The notes beneath the pieces were generated by a model. It saw only the letters and a program-made list of their open reading frames with translations, searched no databases and was not told the DNA's origin. A program made the translations under genes and the position numbers. Shown piece after piece: positions 31,325 to 49,236 of a stretch of DNA of 64,000 nucleotides (positions within the stretch are counted from its first letter, which is position 1; each line of letters starts with the position of its first letter). The stretch is from an uncultured delta proteobacterium (GTDB lineage: Bacteria; Myxococcota; UBA727; VGSZ01): the NCBI GenBank assembly GCA_963775425.1, contig CAVZJB010000016.1, forward strand, positions 384,001 through 448,000, read 5' to 3'.

Positions 31325-31519
31325 GGCGGAAGCGTAGGCCAAAAGCCCTCCGCGCGATCACGCCGGGCTCCTCGCGCGCGCAATCCGTGACAGCTCCGCG
31401 CGCGCCGGGAGAAATTGCGCCGGAGAGCGGCCGCCGTGACGTTGCGTGAGCGGGTCGAAACCGCGCGAGAGCGTCGCACGTGTGACCGTGGGTCCGGTCA
31501 CGGGCTATCTTCGGCGCCC

Positions 31520-34500
31520 ATGCGCGCGCACCTCTTCCTCGTTGCTTCTCTCGTCGCGCTCAGCGGATGTCTCGTCGACACGAGCCTCGCCGGCGACGAG
31601 AAGCTCACGTGCGGCGGCGACGCCGACTGCCCGTCGGATCGCACCTGCGTCGCCGGCTTTTGTCTGACCAAGGAGCAGCTCGCCACGCCGGCGGTGGCCT
31701 TCGCCTCGCCTCCGGCGTTCGCCGACGGCGAGGGCGTGCGCAGCGACCACGAGGGCAAGGACACGTTCCATATCGACGTGCACACCAACGTCGACGCCGA
31801 CGTGCGCGCCGACTGCGACATCGCCGTCACCTGCGCCTCCGCGGGCGCCGCCCACGCCACCTGCACGGGCACGGTCGCCGGCGCCGACGCCGAGGGCGTG
31901 CACGGCATCACCGTCGTCGCCACCGACGCCTTCGGGAGGACGGCCGAGGCCCAGCTCTCGCTCATCGTCGACAAGACCGCGCCCACCGCCACGCTCCTCG
32001 CCACCAACATCGTCCGCAACGGGGTGCAGCGCGCCGCCGCCGGCGACGGCTCCATCGTCACGCTCACCTTCGCGACCGACGAGGACGCCGAAGTCTCCGT
32101 CGCGGGCGGCCCGCCCGGCGACGAGCCGTTCGACACCACCAACAACGGGCGCCTCGCCACGGCGGTGCTCACCGTCGACGCCGCCTCCACCGCCGCGGGC
32201 GCCCGCGCGGTCAAGGTCACCGCCACCGACGGCGTCGGCAACGCGCTCACCGTGCAGCTCGACGACGCCTTCACCGTCGACTTCGACGCGCCCGGCGCGC
32301 CCGACGTCGACACGCCCGGCTCCGTGGTCCTCACCCGCGCGCCCTGGGGCAAGGACGGCGGCGCGCCGTTCACCCGCGTCGACGCCGCCGCCGGCGCCGT
32401 CGAGCAAGGCGCCGGGCTCGTCGTCACCAGCGACGAGGCCGGCGCTTCGGTGCTCGACGTCATCGAGCGCGGCGGCGACGGCTCTTTCAGCGCCGCCCTG
32501 CCCGCCGGCGATCTCGCGGACGTGTTCGTGCGCGCCGTCGACGCCGCCGGCAACGTCGGCGACGGCGTCGCCGTGCGCGAGGGCGTGTGGATCGCGGTCC
32601 CCGCGCGGCCCGCGGGCAGCCCGCAGAACCCCGTGGAGATCGACGTCGCGCCCCACTTCGGCGCCACCCTCGTCGACGACTCCATGGTCGCCGTCGACGC
32701 CGCCGCCGGCGCCGGCGCGCCCGGCGGCGGCACGCTCCCCGCGCGCACGGCCGGCGACTGGCGCCAGCGCGTCTTCCCCGCGGGCCCGCCGGCGCGCTTC
32801 CGCCCGGGCGTGGCGAGCGACGTCGCGCGCGGGGTGGCGATCGTGTTCGGCGGCCTCGGCGCGTCCGGCCCGCTCTTTGACACCTGGGCGTTCGACGGTG
32901 AGGTCTGGGCCCAGCGCGCGCCGCAGCAGCACCCGCCCGCGCGCAGCGACGCGGCCATGGCCTACGACGCCGCCGCGGGCGTCACGGTCCTGTTCGGCGG
33001 CGACGGCGGCGGCGCGCCCCTCGACGACCTCTGGTTCTTCGACGGCGTCAACTGGACGCCCGTCGACACCGGCGACCCGCGTCCCGACGGCCGCAGCGGC
33101 GCGCGCATGGCCTTCTCCGGCGGCGCCGACGGCGCGCTCATCCTCTTCGGCGGCGCCGGCGCCGACGGCCACGCGCTCTCGGACACGTGGAAGCTCGACA
33201 CACGGGCGCGCCGTTGGACGCAGCTCACCACGAGCCCGGTCCCCGCGCGCAAGCGGATGGCGCTCGGCTTCGACGAAGCCGGGGAGCGCGCCGTCATGTT
33301 CGGCGGCGTCGATGACACGGGCGCGCCGCTCGGCGACACGTGGATCTTCGACGCCGCCGCCGGCGACTGGGTGCAGAGCGCGGGCACGGGCGCGCCGCCG
33401 GCGCAGGGCGACGCCGCGCTCACCTTCGTCCGCCACGCAGGCGCCCTCGTCCTCGCGGGCAACAACAACACGGGCGCCATCGGGATGTTCGCGCTGTCCG
33501 CCGACGGCCAGTCCTGGAGCGCGCAGACCTTCGCCACGCCCGTGGCCACCCGCAGCGGCGCCGTCTTCGCCTCCGTCGTCGACGACGCCGTGCTCGCCGC
33601 CGGCCGCGACGTGGGCCAGTCGCTCCTCGCCGACACGGTGCTCGTGCAGGACAATCTCGAGAGCGTGCTCACCACGGAGCCCCCCGACCTGCAAAACCCG
33701 AGCGCCGCCTTCGACGAGCAAAACGCCCGCGTCATCGTCGTCGGCACGGCGGCGGGCACCCGACAGACGTGGGCCTTCGACGGCGTCAACTGGTCCCGGC
33801 TCGCGACCGACACGGGGAGCCAGGGCGCGCTCTCCGTCGATGCGGCGCACGAAGTCCTCCTCGTCGGCGCGGCGGGCGGCGTCGAGCGGTTCACGGGCTC
33901 GTCGTGGACCAGCGCCGTGGCCTCGGGCCAGATCAACTTCGGCGGCTCGCTCGCGGTCGGCTTCGACGGCGCGCTGGTCGTCGGCGCCGGCACGCAGGCA
34001 GGCCACCTCTCCGACGTCACCTGGGCCACCGACACGCCCGCGCCCGACAGCCGCAGCAACCCCGCCATCAGCTTCCTCGGCCAGGCGGCGTCGGTGGCGT
34101 CGGCGGCGGCGGCGCTCCTGTTCGGCGGCTCGTCGAGCAATTGCGACGGCGGGCTTTGCAACGACACGTGGACGTTCGACGGCACGCAGTGGACGCAGGA
34201 GGCGCCCGCCGTCTCCCCGCCGCCGCGCGCGAGCCACGTGGCCGCGTACGACAACCGGCGCGGCGAGGTGGTGCTCTTCGGGGGCAACGGCGCCGACGGC
34301 GCGCTCGCCGACACCTGGGCGTTCCGCGCCGGCGTGTGGCGCGACGCGGCGCCCGCGCACGCGCCCCCGGCGCGCTTCGACGGCGCGTTCGCCGCCGACA
34401 CCGTGCGAGGCCGGCTGTTCTTCTTCGGCGGCATCCAGGGCGTCTCCGCCACCCACGACCTGTGGGAGTGGCGCGGCGGCGGCGGCGACCGCGCCGCGCA

Positions 34501-34855
34501 CATCGCGCGCATCCCGTTCGCCGCGTCGGGCGCGGGGGGCGCCGTCGTCGAGGACGTCTCCGCGCGCGTGGTGGCGGCGGGCCACGCGGCCATCGGCACC
34601 GCGGGCGGCGGGACGTCTCCCGTCGACGGCGTCGCCGTCTACCAGTGGGTGGCCGGCGCGTGGGAGGAGCTCGGCGAAAACGACGCCGCGGCGCCGGCGG
34701 AGATCGACGCCACCCTCACCCCGTCTGCGCTGCTCGGCGACGCGCAGACGCTCGCCGTGGCCGTGGCCGAGCGGCAGCCGAGCGGGCCCTTCGCCGACCG
34801 CGACGACGTCGAGACCGACTATCTCGAGGTGTCGTTCCATTACCGTTTGCCCTGA
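31520..34855 (+). CDS. Large lipoprotein with Ig-like domains and Kelch/beta-propeller repeats
   Basis: Lipobox LSGC; Cys-rich start; VDKTAP Ig motifs; many PPAR...AYD...LFGG...DTW repeats. Confidence 0.88.
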   Translation: MRAHLFLVASLVALSGCLVDTSLAGDEKLTCGGDADCPSDRTCVAGFCLTKEQLATPAVAFASPPAFADGEGVRSDHEGKDTFHIDVHTNVDADVRADCDIAVTCASAGAAHATCTGTVAGADAEGVHGITVVATDAFGRTAEAQLSLIVDKTAPTATLLATNIVRNGVQRAAAGDGSIVTLTFATDEDAEVSVAGGPPGDEPFDTTNNGRLATAVLTVDAASTAAGARAVKVTATDGVGNALTVQLDDAFTVDFDAPGAPDVDTPGSVVLTRAPWGKDGGAPFTRVDAAAGAVEQGAGLVVTSDEAGASVLDVIERGGDGSFSAALPAGDLADVFVRAVDAAGNVGDGVAVREGVWIAVPARPAGSPQNPVEIDVAPHFGATLVDDSMVAVDAAAGAGAPGGGTLPARTAGDWRQRVFPAGPPARFRPGVASDVARGVAIVFGGLGASGPLFDTWAFDGEVWAQRAPQQHPPARSDAAMAYDAAAGVTVLFGGDGGGAPLDDLWFFDGVNWTPVDTGDPRPDGRSGARMAFSGGADGALILFGGAGADGHALSDTWKLDTRARRWTQLTTSPVPARKRMALGFDEAGERAVMFGGVDDTGAPLGDTWIFDAAAGDWVQSAGTGAPPAQGDAALTFVRHAGALVLAGNNNTGAIGMFALSADGQSWSAQTFATPVATRSGAVFASVVDDAVLAAGRDVGQSLLADTVLVQDNLESVLTTEPPDLQNPSAAFDEQNARVIVVGTAAGTRQTWAFDGVNWSRLATDTGSQGALSVDAAHEVLLVGAAGGVERFTGSSWTSAVASGQINFGGSLAVGFDGALVVGAGTQAGHLSDVTWATDTPAPDSRSNPAISFLGQAASVASAAAALLFGGSSSNCDGGLCNDTWTFDGTQWTQEAPAVSPPPRASHVAAYDNRRGEVVLFGGNGADGALADTWAFRAGVWRDAAPAHAPPARFDGAFAADTVRGRLFFFGGIQGVSATHDLWEWRGGGGDRAAHIARIPFAASGAGGAVVEDVSARVVAAGHAAIGTAGGGTSPVDGVAVYQWVAGAWEELGENDAAAPAEIDATLTPSALLGDAQTLAVAVAERQPSGPFADRDDVETDYLEVSFHYRLP

Positions 34856-34875
34856 CGTTTCGTGCTGGAGGCTCG

Positions 34876-42065
<7,190 letters not shown>

Positions 42066-42069
<4 letters not shown>

Positions 42070-44202
42070 CCCCCGCCCTCGTGTGCGCGCTCGTCGCCGT
42101 CGCGTCGGCCACCGACGCCGGCGGCGGGCCGGCGCCGGAGGCGCGGGTCACGCTGAGCACGCTCGACCCGCCCACCCCGCTCGACGGCCCGCACTGGGCC
42201 TGCGCCGACGTCCCCGACGACGGCGCGCGCGCGACCGGGCCGCGCCTGCCGGCGGACTTCAAGCCCGTGGACTTCAAGCCCGTGGGCCTCCCGCAAGACA
42301 AGGACGCCCCCGTCTGCACCGGTGCGCACGTCGTGTTCCGCACCACCCTCGTCGTCCCCGAGGCGATGCGCGCGACGCCGCTCGGGATCTCCCCCGGCGA
42401 GGTGCGGGGCGCCTACCGCGTCACGGCCGACGGCGTCGTCGTCGGCGAGCGCGGGAGCTTCGCGCCGCTCGACGACGCCGTGCGCGCCGGCGCGGGGTTC
42501 GCCCTGCCCGCGCGCACCGTCGCCGACGGCGAGGTCGACCTCGAGATCGAGGTCGTGCGCGACGCCGCTGCGCTCGCCACCACCCAGGATCGCCGCGCCG
42601 TCGTCGGCGGGCCCGTGAGCGCGGGGCAGATGCCCGGCGTCGCCGACCGCGCCGTGGCCGAGGTGCACGCGCGGGTGTTCTCGCAGACCGCCGCCACCAT
42701 CGCGCTCGCCGCGCTGTTCTTCTTCATCGGCTTTTATCACGTGCTCATCTGGTGGCTGCGGCGCGACCTGCGCGGCTACCTGTGGTTCGGCGTCTTCGCG
42801 CTCACCGCCGTCGCGTGGAATTCCATCGTCGTGCTCGCGGGCACGCCGACGCTGCCGTGGACGGCGCGCACCGCCGCCATCGTGGGCAACTTCGTCGGCA
42901 GCCTCGCCAACCTCACGTTCATCGAGTTCTTCTGGTGGTTCCTCACCAAGCACGCGCCCCCGCGCCGCTGGCGCATCGCCGAGGCGCTCCTGTTCGCGTG
43001 CGCCTGCGTCGGCTTCATCCCCGCCGTGGGCGTGGGCTGGACCGTCAGCGCGCCCGTCGTCATCTTGAAGATCGCCATCCTGCCCTGGGCCGTCTTCGAG
43101 ATCGTGCGCATGGCGCGCACCAACCGCGACGCGCGCGTGCTCATCGTCGGCCTCGCCCTGGGCGTCGCCGGGGCGCCGCTTCAGTGGTTCGTGCAGACCC
43201 GCGCCATCCAGATGCCCATCGGTCCCGGGCAGGCGGCGCTCGCGATCTTCTTCGTCACCATGGCGGTGGCGCTCGCGGTGCAATTCGGGCGAACGCTCGA
43301 CGCCGTCGACGCGCGCGCGAAGGAGCTCGCGGAGACCAACGCCTCCATCCAGCGCTTCGTGCCGTTCGCGTTCCTCCGCGCCCTGTCGCGCGAGAGCGTT
43401 CGCGAGGTGAAGCGCGGCGACGCCGCGGCCACACAGATGAGCGTGATGTTCTGCGACTTGCGCGGCTTCACCACGCTCGCCGAAAAGATGGGCCCGGGCG
43501 ACACCTTCCGCTTCATCAACCGCTACCTCGAAAAGATGGAGCCGCGGATCCACGCCGCCGGCGGCTTCATCAACCAGTACCTCGGCGACGGCATCATGGC
43601 GTTGTTCCCCGACGGCGCCGACGCCGCCGTCGACGCCGCCGTGGGCATGGCGCGCGCGCTCGAGGGGCTGAACCAGGAGCGCGCCAGCGACGGCGCACCG
43701 GCGCTGCGCATCGGCATCGGCATCCACACGGGCCCGCTCATGATCGGCACCATCGGCGGCGGCGACCAGCTCGACAGCGGCGTCGTCGGCGACGTCGTCA
43801 ACACGGCCGCGCGCCTCGAGGGCATCACCAAGATGTACGGCGCCGTCGCGCTCATCAGCGGCGCCACCATGGCGGGCTTGAAGGACCCCGCGGCGCACGG
43901 GCTGCGTCCGCTCGACGCCGTGCGGGCCAAGGGCAAGAGCGAGCCGCTCGCGCTCGTGGAGCTCGTCGACGCCGACGACAAGTCCCTGCGCGCCGCGAAG
44001 CTCGCCGCCCGCGGCGACCTCGAGGCGGCGCTCGCGCTCTATCGCAAGGGCAGCTTCGACGAGGCCGCCGAGCGCTTCGACGCCCTGGCCGCGGCCATCC
44101 CCGAAGACGGCGCCGCGCGCGCCTTCGCCGCGCGCTGCAGGAGCCTGGCGAAGGATTCCGCCGCCGACGTGGGACGGCGTCCTCGCGCTCACGACAAAGT
44201 GA
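42066..44202 (+). CDS. Membrane class III nucleotidyl cyclase (extracellular beta-sandwich + 7TM-DISM-like + cyclase + TPR-like); +1 frameshift at ~44156 near the C-terminus
   Basis: ATGA overlap with the upstream gene; ~7 TM helices; RFVP, FCDLRGFT, YLGDGIMA, GIHTG, GDVVNTAARLEG. Removing one T at 44156/7 restores the C-terminus KDPPPTWDGVLALTTK* and removes the overlap with the convergent gene. Confidence 0.85.
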
Positions 44203-44214
44203 CCCCCGCGGGTC

Positions 44215-45003
44215 TCATTTGCCGTCGCAGGTACCGGAGCCGCACTCGTTGTCGGTGCAGCTCGAGGTCTTGCACTCGGACGCGGTGTCGCAACTGTCGC
44301 CGTCGTCCTTGAGGTTCTTACAGGTGTTCGAGGCGGTGTCGCAGAACAGGCCCGCGGCGCACTGACCGAAGATGCAGTCGTCGCCCTTCTCCGGCGCGGA
44401 CTTGCAGGTGCCCTGCCCGTTCCCGCCGACGTCGCACACGAGGCCGCGCTCGCACTGCACGTCGCCGCAGTCGTCGCCCTTGGCCGCCGGTCCCTGGCAC
44501 TCGCCCTCGGTGGCGCCGGTGTCCTTGTTGACGTCGGGGTTTTCGGAATCGATCGCGCAGGTGCCGCCGTTGCCGCACTCCTGGTTGAGGCTGCAGGTGT
44601 CGCCGTCCTTGACAAGACCGCTGATCACTTCGTCGCAGGCGACGACGACGCCGTCGCTCGCCACGCACGAGTCGGTGGCGGCGCTGAGTGCATCGAGGCA
44701 CTCCGCGGCCTTGTCCCCGTTGAACTGGATACGGCCGAGGCTGATGGAGTCCTCGATGGACCCTTCCTGCGTCTTGCAGATGTCCTTGGTGCGATCGACG
44801 CACTCACCCTCGCTCGTGACGTAGGGCAAAAAGAAGCCGAGCCCCTGGATGCGCTCCTTGTCCTTGCAGCACGTGAACTCGAAGTGACACGCGGCCTTGA
44901 GCTGCTGCTCGCAGTAGTCGGTGGGACCCGTGGGGCACGCGAAGCCGGCGGACATCAGGGCGCCCGCGAGCACCGCGAACAGGGGGAGGGTGGTGTGGCG
45001 CAT
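44215..45003 (-). CDS. Cys-rich lipoprotein (paralog 1)
   Basis: Lipobox GFAC; CCKDKERI; many Cys-rich repeats. Confidence 0.8.
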   Translation of the reverse strand: MRHTTLPLFAVLAGALMSAGFACPTGPTDYCEQQLKAACHFEFTCCKDKERIQGLGFFLPYVTSEGECVDRTKDICKTQEGSIEDSISLGRIQFNGDKAAECLDALSAATDSCVASDGVVVACDEVISGLVKDGDTCSLNQECGNGGTCAIDSENPDVNKDTGATEGECQGPAAKGDDCGDVQCERGLVCDVGGNGQGTCKSAPEKGDDCIFGQCAAGLFCDTASNTCKNLKDDGDSCDTASECKTSSCTDNECGSGTCDGK

Positions 45004-45006
45004 GTT

Positions 45007-46047
45007 TCACTTACCCGTGCAGATGTCGAGGTCGGTGGGCGGGGTGCCGTCGAAGCTGGCGCAGCGCGGCGGGGACTGGCTCGTGTCGCAGAAGGAGGTG
45101 TCCCCCTTGCACTCGCCGGCGTCGTTGCCGGTGCAGGTCTCGCCGGCGTTCTTCTGGGCGGCGCACGTGCCCGGGAAGCCCGCGGAGCTGTCGCAGAAGG
45201 CGCCGCTGGCGCAGGCGAAGCTCGGGCATTGCTCGCCGATGCCCGGCAGCGGCTGGCAGGTGTCGGTGCCCGCCGCGCTGTCGAACGCGCACGTGAAGCC
45301 GTCGGCGCACACGAAGTCCGGGCACGGTTGGCCGCCGCCGGGAGGCGTCTGGCAGGTGTTGTCGGCGAAGCTGCAGAACAGGCCCTCGGCGCACGCGCCG
45401 TTTCTGCATTGATCGCCCGCGCCGGGCGGCGTGAAGCAGCTCGGCGGCGTGGTGTTGAAGTCGCACTCGAGGCCGTCGGCGCACGAGCGCGGGGCCTCAC
45501 AGCTCTCGCCGTCTCCCGACGGACCGATGCATTGGCCGACCAATGAGCCGAGCTCCTTGTCGACGTCGGGATCGCTGAGGTCGCCGAGATTGCAAAAGCC
45601 GTGGTCGGCGCACTCGCCGTCGTTGGCGCAGTCGTCGCCGTCGGCGACGAGGCCCTCGAGCGTGGAGCCGCAGTCGTCGCCGACGAGCGCCGCGTTGAAG
45701 TCGTTGATGCTGCAGGCGTCGCGCGCCGTGTTGAGGGCGTCGACGCAGGCGTTGGCCTTGTCGACGTCGAACTTCGTGCGGCCGAGGTTGACGGAGTCGT
45801 TGGTGCCGCCGGCGGCGAGCGTGCACACCCCGCTCAGTCGGTCGACGCACTCGCCCTCGCTGTTCATGTACTGCTGGAGGCCGAGCGCCGCGGCGTTCTC
45901 GATGCGCTCCTTGTCTTTGCAGCACTGGAACGCGAGCTCGCAGCGGGCCTTGGCCTGCGCCTCGCACAGACCGATCGGATCGGTCGCACAGGCGTTGAAC
46001 CCGGACAACAGGAGCACGGACAGCAGGGCGAGCGGCAGCAAACGCAT
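45007..46047 (-). CDS. Cys-rich lipoprotein (paralog 2)
   Basis: Lipobox FNAC; CCKDKERI; GxxC...CAxGLxC repeats. Confidence 0.8.
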   Translation of the reverse strand: MRLLPLALLSVLLLSGFNACATDPIGLCEAQAKARCELAFQCCKDKERIENAAALGLQQYMNSEGECVDRLSGVCTLAAGGTNDSVNLGRTKFDVDKANACVDALNTARDACSINDFNAALVGDDCGSTLEGLVADGDDCANDGECADHGFCNLGDLSDPDVDKELGSLVGQCIGPSGDGESCEAPRSCADGLECDFNTTPPSCFTPPGAGDQCRNGACAEGLFCSFADNTCQTPPGGGQPCPDFVCADGFTCAFDSAAGTDTCQPLPGIGEQCPSFACASGAFCDSSAGFPGTCAAQKNAGETCTGNDAGECKGDTSFCDTSQSPPRCASFDGTPPTDLDICTGK

Positions 46048-46147
46048 GTTCTTCCCTCGTGGGACGGCTTCCTATCGCGCTTTCGCGCGTCGGGGAAGCG
46101 CGCCAATACGAACGGTACGCGGATAGAGTGCCGTACGAGGTGACTTC

Positions 46148-49100
46148 GTGCCCGTCCTGAACGTCCAGAATCTTCGCTCCGGCCTCGGCCGCCCGGATTC
46201 CAAGTTCCCGGCCACCCCGCCGCAGGCCACGCCGGCCCAGCTCCTGCAGATGCTCGACAATTCCTGGGGGCTCGTCGGTACGCAAATCTCCCGCGCCGAG
46301 GCCGCGTGGCTGCTCGAGCTGGGCACGCATCCGAACGCCGACGCCGCGCTGCTGTCGGCCATCGCCCGCAGGGCCTCGGGGGTCACCATCGGCAGCTCCG
46401 CCCGGGCGCTCGGCTTCGACCAGTGGCTCACCTCCATCGGCGGCACGCCCGCGGGCGCGGGCGGCGCTGCGGCCGGCGGCGCGGGCGGCGCGGCGAACAC
46501 GGGTCTGAAGGGAACGCTGCTGCCCGAGGACGGCACCAAGATCGCGTCCACGGCGTCGCACCAGATCGCCTTCACGTCGTCGCAGGGGCTGCCGGATTTG
46601 CAGGTCACCCGGCGGGACATCGGCGACCCCGAGCAGATGGACACCATCAACACGCTCACGGACGCCCAGCTCCAGGGCGTCAAGAAGGGCGCGGACTTCG
46701 CAGCGCTCCTCACGCAGCAGCTCGCGGCGCAGAAGAATTTCCTCCTGCCCGACAAGGCCGCGCTCCTGCAGAAGCTGCCCGAGGGCGACCGCAGCAACTA
46801 CGCGTACCTCAACATCACCGGCCGCCGCATCGAGCAATTCTTCAACGAGATGCAGCGCCTGCTCGGCAGGACGTCGCTCACGGGCGACGACGCCAAGGCC
46901 GCGCGCGTCGCCATCAACCAGCAGTACCGCGACGCGTTCCGCGGGCGCCCCGCGGAATTCGATCGCGCGGACACGGGCACCTACTGGTCCTACGGCCACG
47001 ACGCCGCCTTCGTCCACGTCTTCGAAAAGATGCTCGAGGCCCTGCCCGACGACGACCCCAAGCGGCCCTTCATCCAGAACCAGATCGACTTCATCCTGTC
47101 CAACAAGTACACGCCGCACGGCTCCGTCGACGAAAACGACATCGAGGGCAGCCTCGACCTCGTCGCCATCGACAAGAGCTCGCGCCACGTCGCGTCCATG
47201 ACCAAGGACTCCGACAACAGCAACTCCGCGCGCTACGAGGTGCTGTCGTCGTCGCAAAACGGCGCCGAGCGCTGGGCGTACCGAGACGGCACGCAGGTCT
47301 TCTGGGAGGGCGGCCGCACCGAGCTCACCGCGGCCGAGGTGGGCGCGCTCAAGCACACCCCCGTCGACACCATCACGTTCCGGCGCGCGGCGAGCGGGGA
47401 GCAGCTCCGCCAGAGCTTCCGCTACGACTGGGACAAAAACCGGATGCTCAACGCCCGCGAGATCGACACCGGGTGGTGGGGTCACTGCGACATCAAGGCC
47501 GAGATCGAGACGCTCCTCGCAGACATGCACGGCTCCGCCGGCGTCACCGAGTTCCGCAGCGACAACAAGAAGACCATCGAGCTCTCGCGCGAGATGCAGC
47601 TCGAGGCCCTCGCGGCGCTCTTGAATTTCGACACCGTCTACCAGTCCACCTCGGGCGGCGGCCAGGTGCGGATGGGCGAGAGCCAGTTCGCCGGCGGCCG
47701 CTTCGACGATCGCCCCACGGTGCTCGGCATCAAGACGGACCGCACGAGCCTGCAGCTCCCCGTTCGCCTCGACACGCTGTCGCAAAAGGGCGCCCCGGGC
47801 ACGCTGCTGAACGTGGATCAGGCGTTCAACCCCAAGGTCGCCGACGCACAGACCCAGACCTTCACCGACAACGCCGACGTCACCGTCGACCCCAACAACC
47901 CCGACGAAGCCACCATGGAAGCGATGGGCCGCAAGATGGGCGGCACCACCGACGGCTACACCTTCGACGAGAGCGGCCGCCCGGTGGAGTCCAAGACGCG
48001 CTTCGAGATCGATCCCACCGTGACCACGGGCGAGAAGGTGCTGATCGGCACCGAGCTCACCGACATCAACGGCCGCCAGCTCCAGCGCATCTACTACGAT
48101 CCCAAGACCAAGGAGCTGAGCCTCGTCGACACCACGTTCGTCGAGCAAAACGGCAAGTTCACCGCGCAGGAGGGCAACAGCCGCTCGCTGGGCAAGCTCA
48201 CCGGGCTCACGCTGCAAAAGGAGCTTCAGGCCGGTGACGACGTCAAGAGCAAGCTGGCCATGCTCGAAGAGGCGGTGCGCACCGGGCGCAAGATCGCCAC
48301 GGACAGCTACGTGGGCTCGCAGGTGTGGAACGGCGAGATCCACACCATCAAGCGCAGCCTCGAGTACAGGAGCCCCGACGGAAAGTGGGAGCGCGAGAGC
48401 GTCACCATCGACGCCACGTTCGGCTCCATGCACGTCGGCACCTTCATCCACCAGCTCGACGACGAGGGCAAGATCGTGGACTCCATGGAGGTGAACCCCG
48501 CCGTGGACTTCTACTGGTCCGAGACGCCGCGCATCGCGCCGCTCATCTCGGAGCGCGGCAACTGGTACGTGAACAAGGCGATGGCCGACCGCGGCGTGGT
48601 GGACACGGGCAGCGGCAAGCTGGCGTCGCTCGGCGCCATGCAAGACCTGATGGACCTCATCTACCTGGGGCTCAAGGCCGGCGACAACAAGAAGCTCTTC
48701 ACCATCGTCGACCAGGGCAAGCGCTACGTCTACACCGACGAGGCCGCGTGGCGCGCCGACGTCGACAAGCTGCAGGGCAGCTCGGGCAACACCAACGGCG
48801 GCAACGCGTCGCAGATCGTGTCCACGCGGCGGCCGATGGTCTCCGTGCCCGACAACGACCCTACGGGGATCACGGACAAGCTCACCGTCGACCGCGGCGG
48901 CGCCATCAAGGACGTCAAGGTCGACATCGACGTCAAGCACACGTACATCGGCGACCTCGACATCTCGCTCATCGCGCCGGACGGCACCAAGGTGAAGCTG
49001 CAGGCCCGCGGCGGCGGCGCCACCGACGACATCGTCGGCACCTACGGCGACGACCTCCGCGCCGTCGACGACCTGAAGGCGCTCAACGGCAAGGACGCCA

Positions 49101-49186
49101 AGGGCGACTGGCAGCTCAAGGTCGTCGATCTCGCGGGCCAGGACGTCGGAAACCTCGTCTCCTGGGGCCTGAAGATCGACGTGTAG
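46148..49186 (+). CDS. Transglutaminase-elicitor-like Cys-enzyme domain plus C-terminal proprotein-convertase P domain; no Sec signal seen
   Basis: GAGGTG RBS; WWGHCD, D..VGSQVWN, QLDDEGKIV...VDFYW; VPDNDPTG...HTYIGDL.I.L.APDGT...GDWQLKVVD...W (P domain). Confidence 0.7.
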   Translation: MPVLNVQNLRSGLGRPDSKFPATPPQATPAQLLQMLDNSWGLVGTQISRAEAAWLLELGTHPNADAALLSAIARRASGVTIGSSARALGFDQWLTSIGGTPAGAGGAAAGGAGGAANTGLKGTLLPEDGTKIASTASHQIAFTSSQGLPDLQVTRRDIGDPEQMDTINTLTDAQLQGVKKGADFAALLTQQLAAQKNFLLPDKAALLQKLPEGDRSNYAYLNITGRRIEQFFNEMQRLLGRTSLTGDDAKAARVAINQQYRDAFRGRPAEFDRADTGTYWSYGHDAAFVHVFEKMLEALPDDDPKRPFIQNQIDFILSNKYTPHGSVDENDIEGSLDLVAIDKSSRHVASMTKDSDNSNSARYEVLSSSQNGAERWAYRDGTQVFWEGGRTELTAAEVGALKHTPVDTITFRRAASGEQLRQSFRYDWDKNRMLNAREIDTGWWGHCDIKAEIETLLADMHGSAGVTEFRSDNKKTIELSREMQLEALAALLNFDTVYQSTSGGGQVRMGESQFAGGRFDDRPTVLGIKTDRTSLQLPVRLDTLSQKGAPGTLLNVDQAFNPKVADAQTQTFTDNADVTVDPNNPDEATMEAMGRKMGGTTDGYTFDESGRPVESKTRFEIDPTVTTGEKVLIGTELTDINGRQLQRIYYDPKTKELSLVDTTFVEQNGKFTAQEGNSRSLGKLTGLTLQKELQAGDDVKSKLAMLEEAVRTGRKIATDSYVGSQVWNGEIHTIKRSLEYRSPDGKWERESVTIDATFGSMHVGTFIHQLDDEGKIVDSMEVNPAVDFYWSETPRIAPLISERGNWYVNKAMADRGVVDTGSGKLASLGAMQDLMDLIYLGLKAGDNKKLFTIVDQGKRYVYTDEAAWRADVDKLQGSSGNTNGGNASQIVSTRRPMVSVPDNDPTGITDKLTVDRGGAIKDVKVDIDVKHTYIGDLDISLIAPDGTKVKLQARGGGATDDIVGTYGDDLRAVDDLKALNGKDAKGDWQLKVVDLAGQDVGNLVSWGLKIDV

Positions 49187-49236
49187 CGGGGCGCGGCGCT
49201 TGCCCCCGGGGCTGCTCTCGCGTGGTACAAGGCCGG

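Noticed and set aside
33340-34875. N-terminal extension making the adhesin 2909 aa
   Set aside because: It overlaps the Kelch gene in another frame and is Arg-rich nonsense; the RBS and signal peptide support ATG 34876
44203-44312. Cyclase C-terminus overlapping the convergent lipoprotein gene
   Set aside because: An artefact of the +1 frameshift; the corrected stop is at 44200-44202
46191-46204. Another GGATTC (also at 58943) as a possible hidden frameshift
   Set aside because: The reading frames across these sites are intact and sensible (e.g. the ANP motif of L11)
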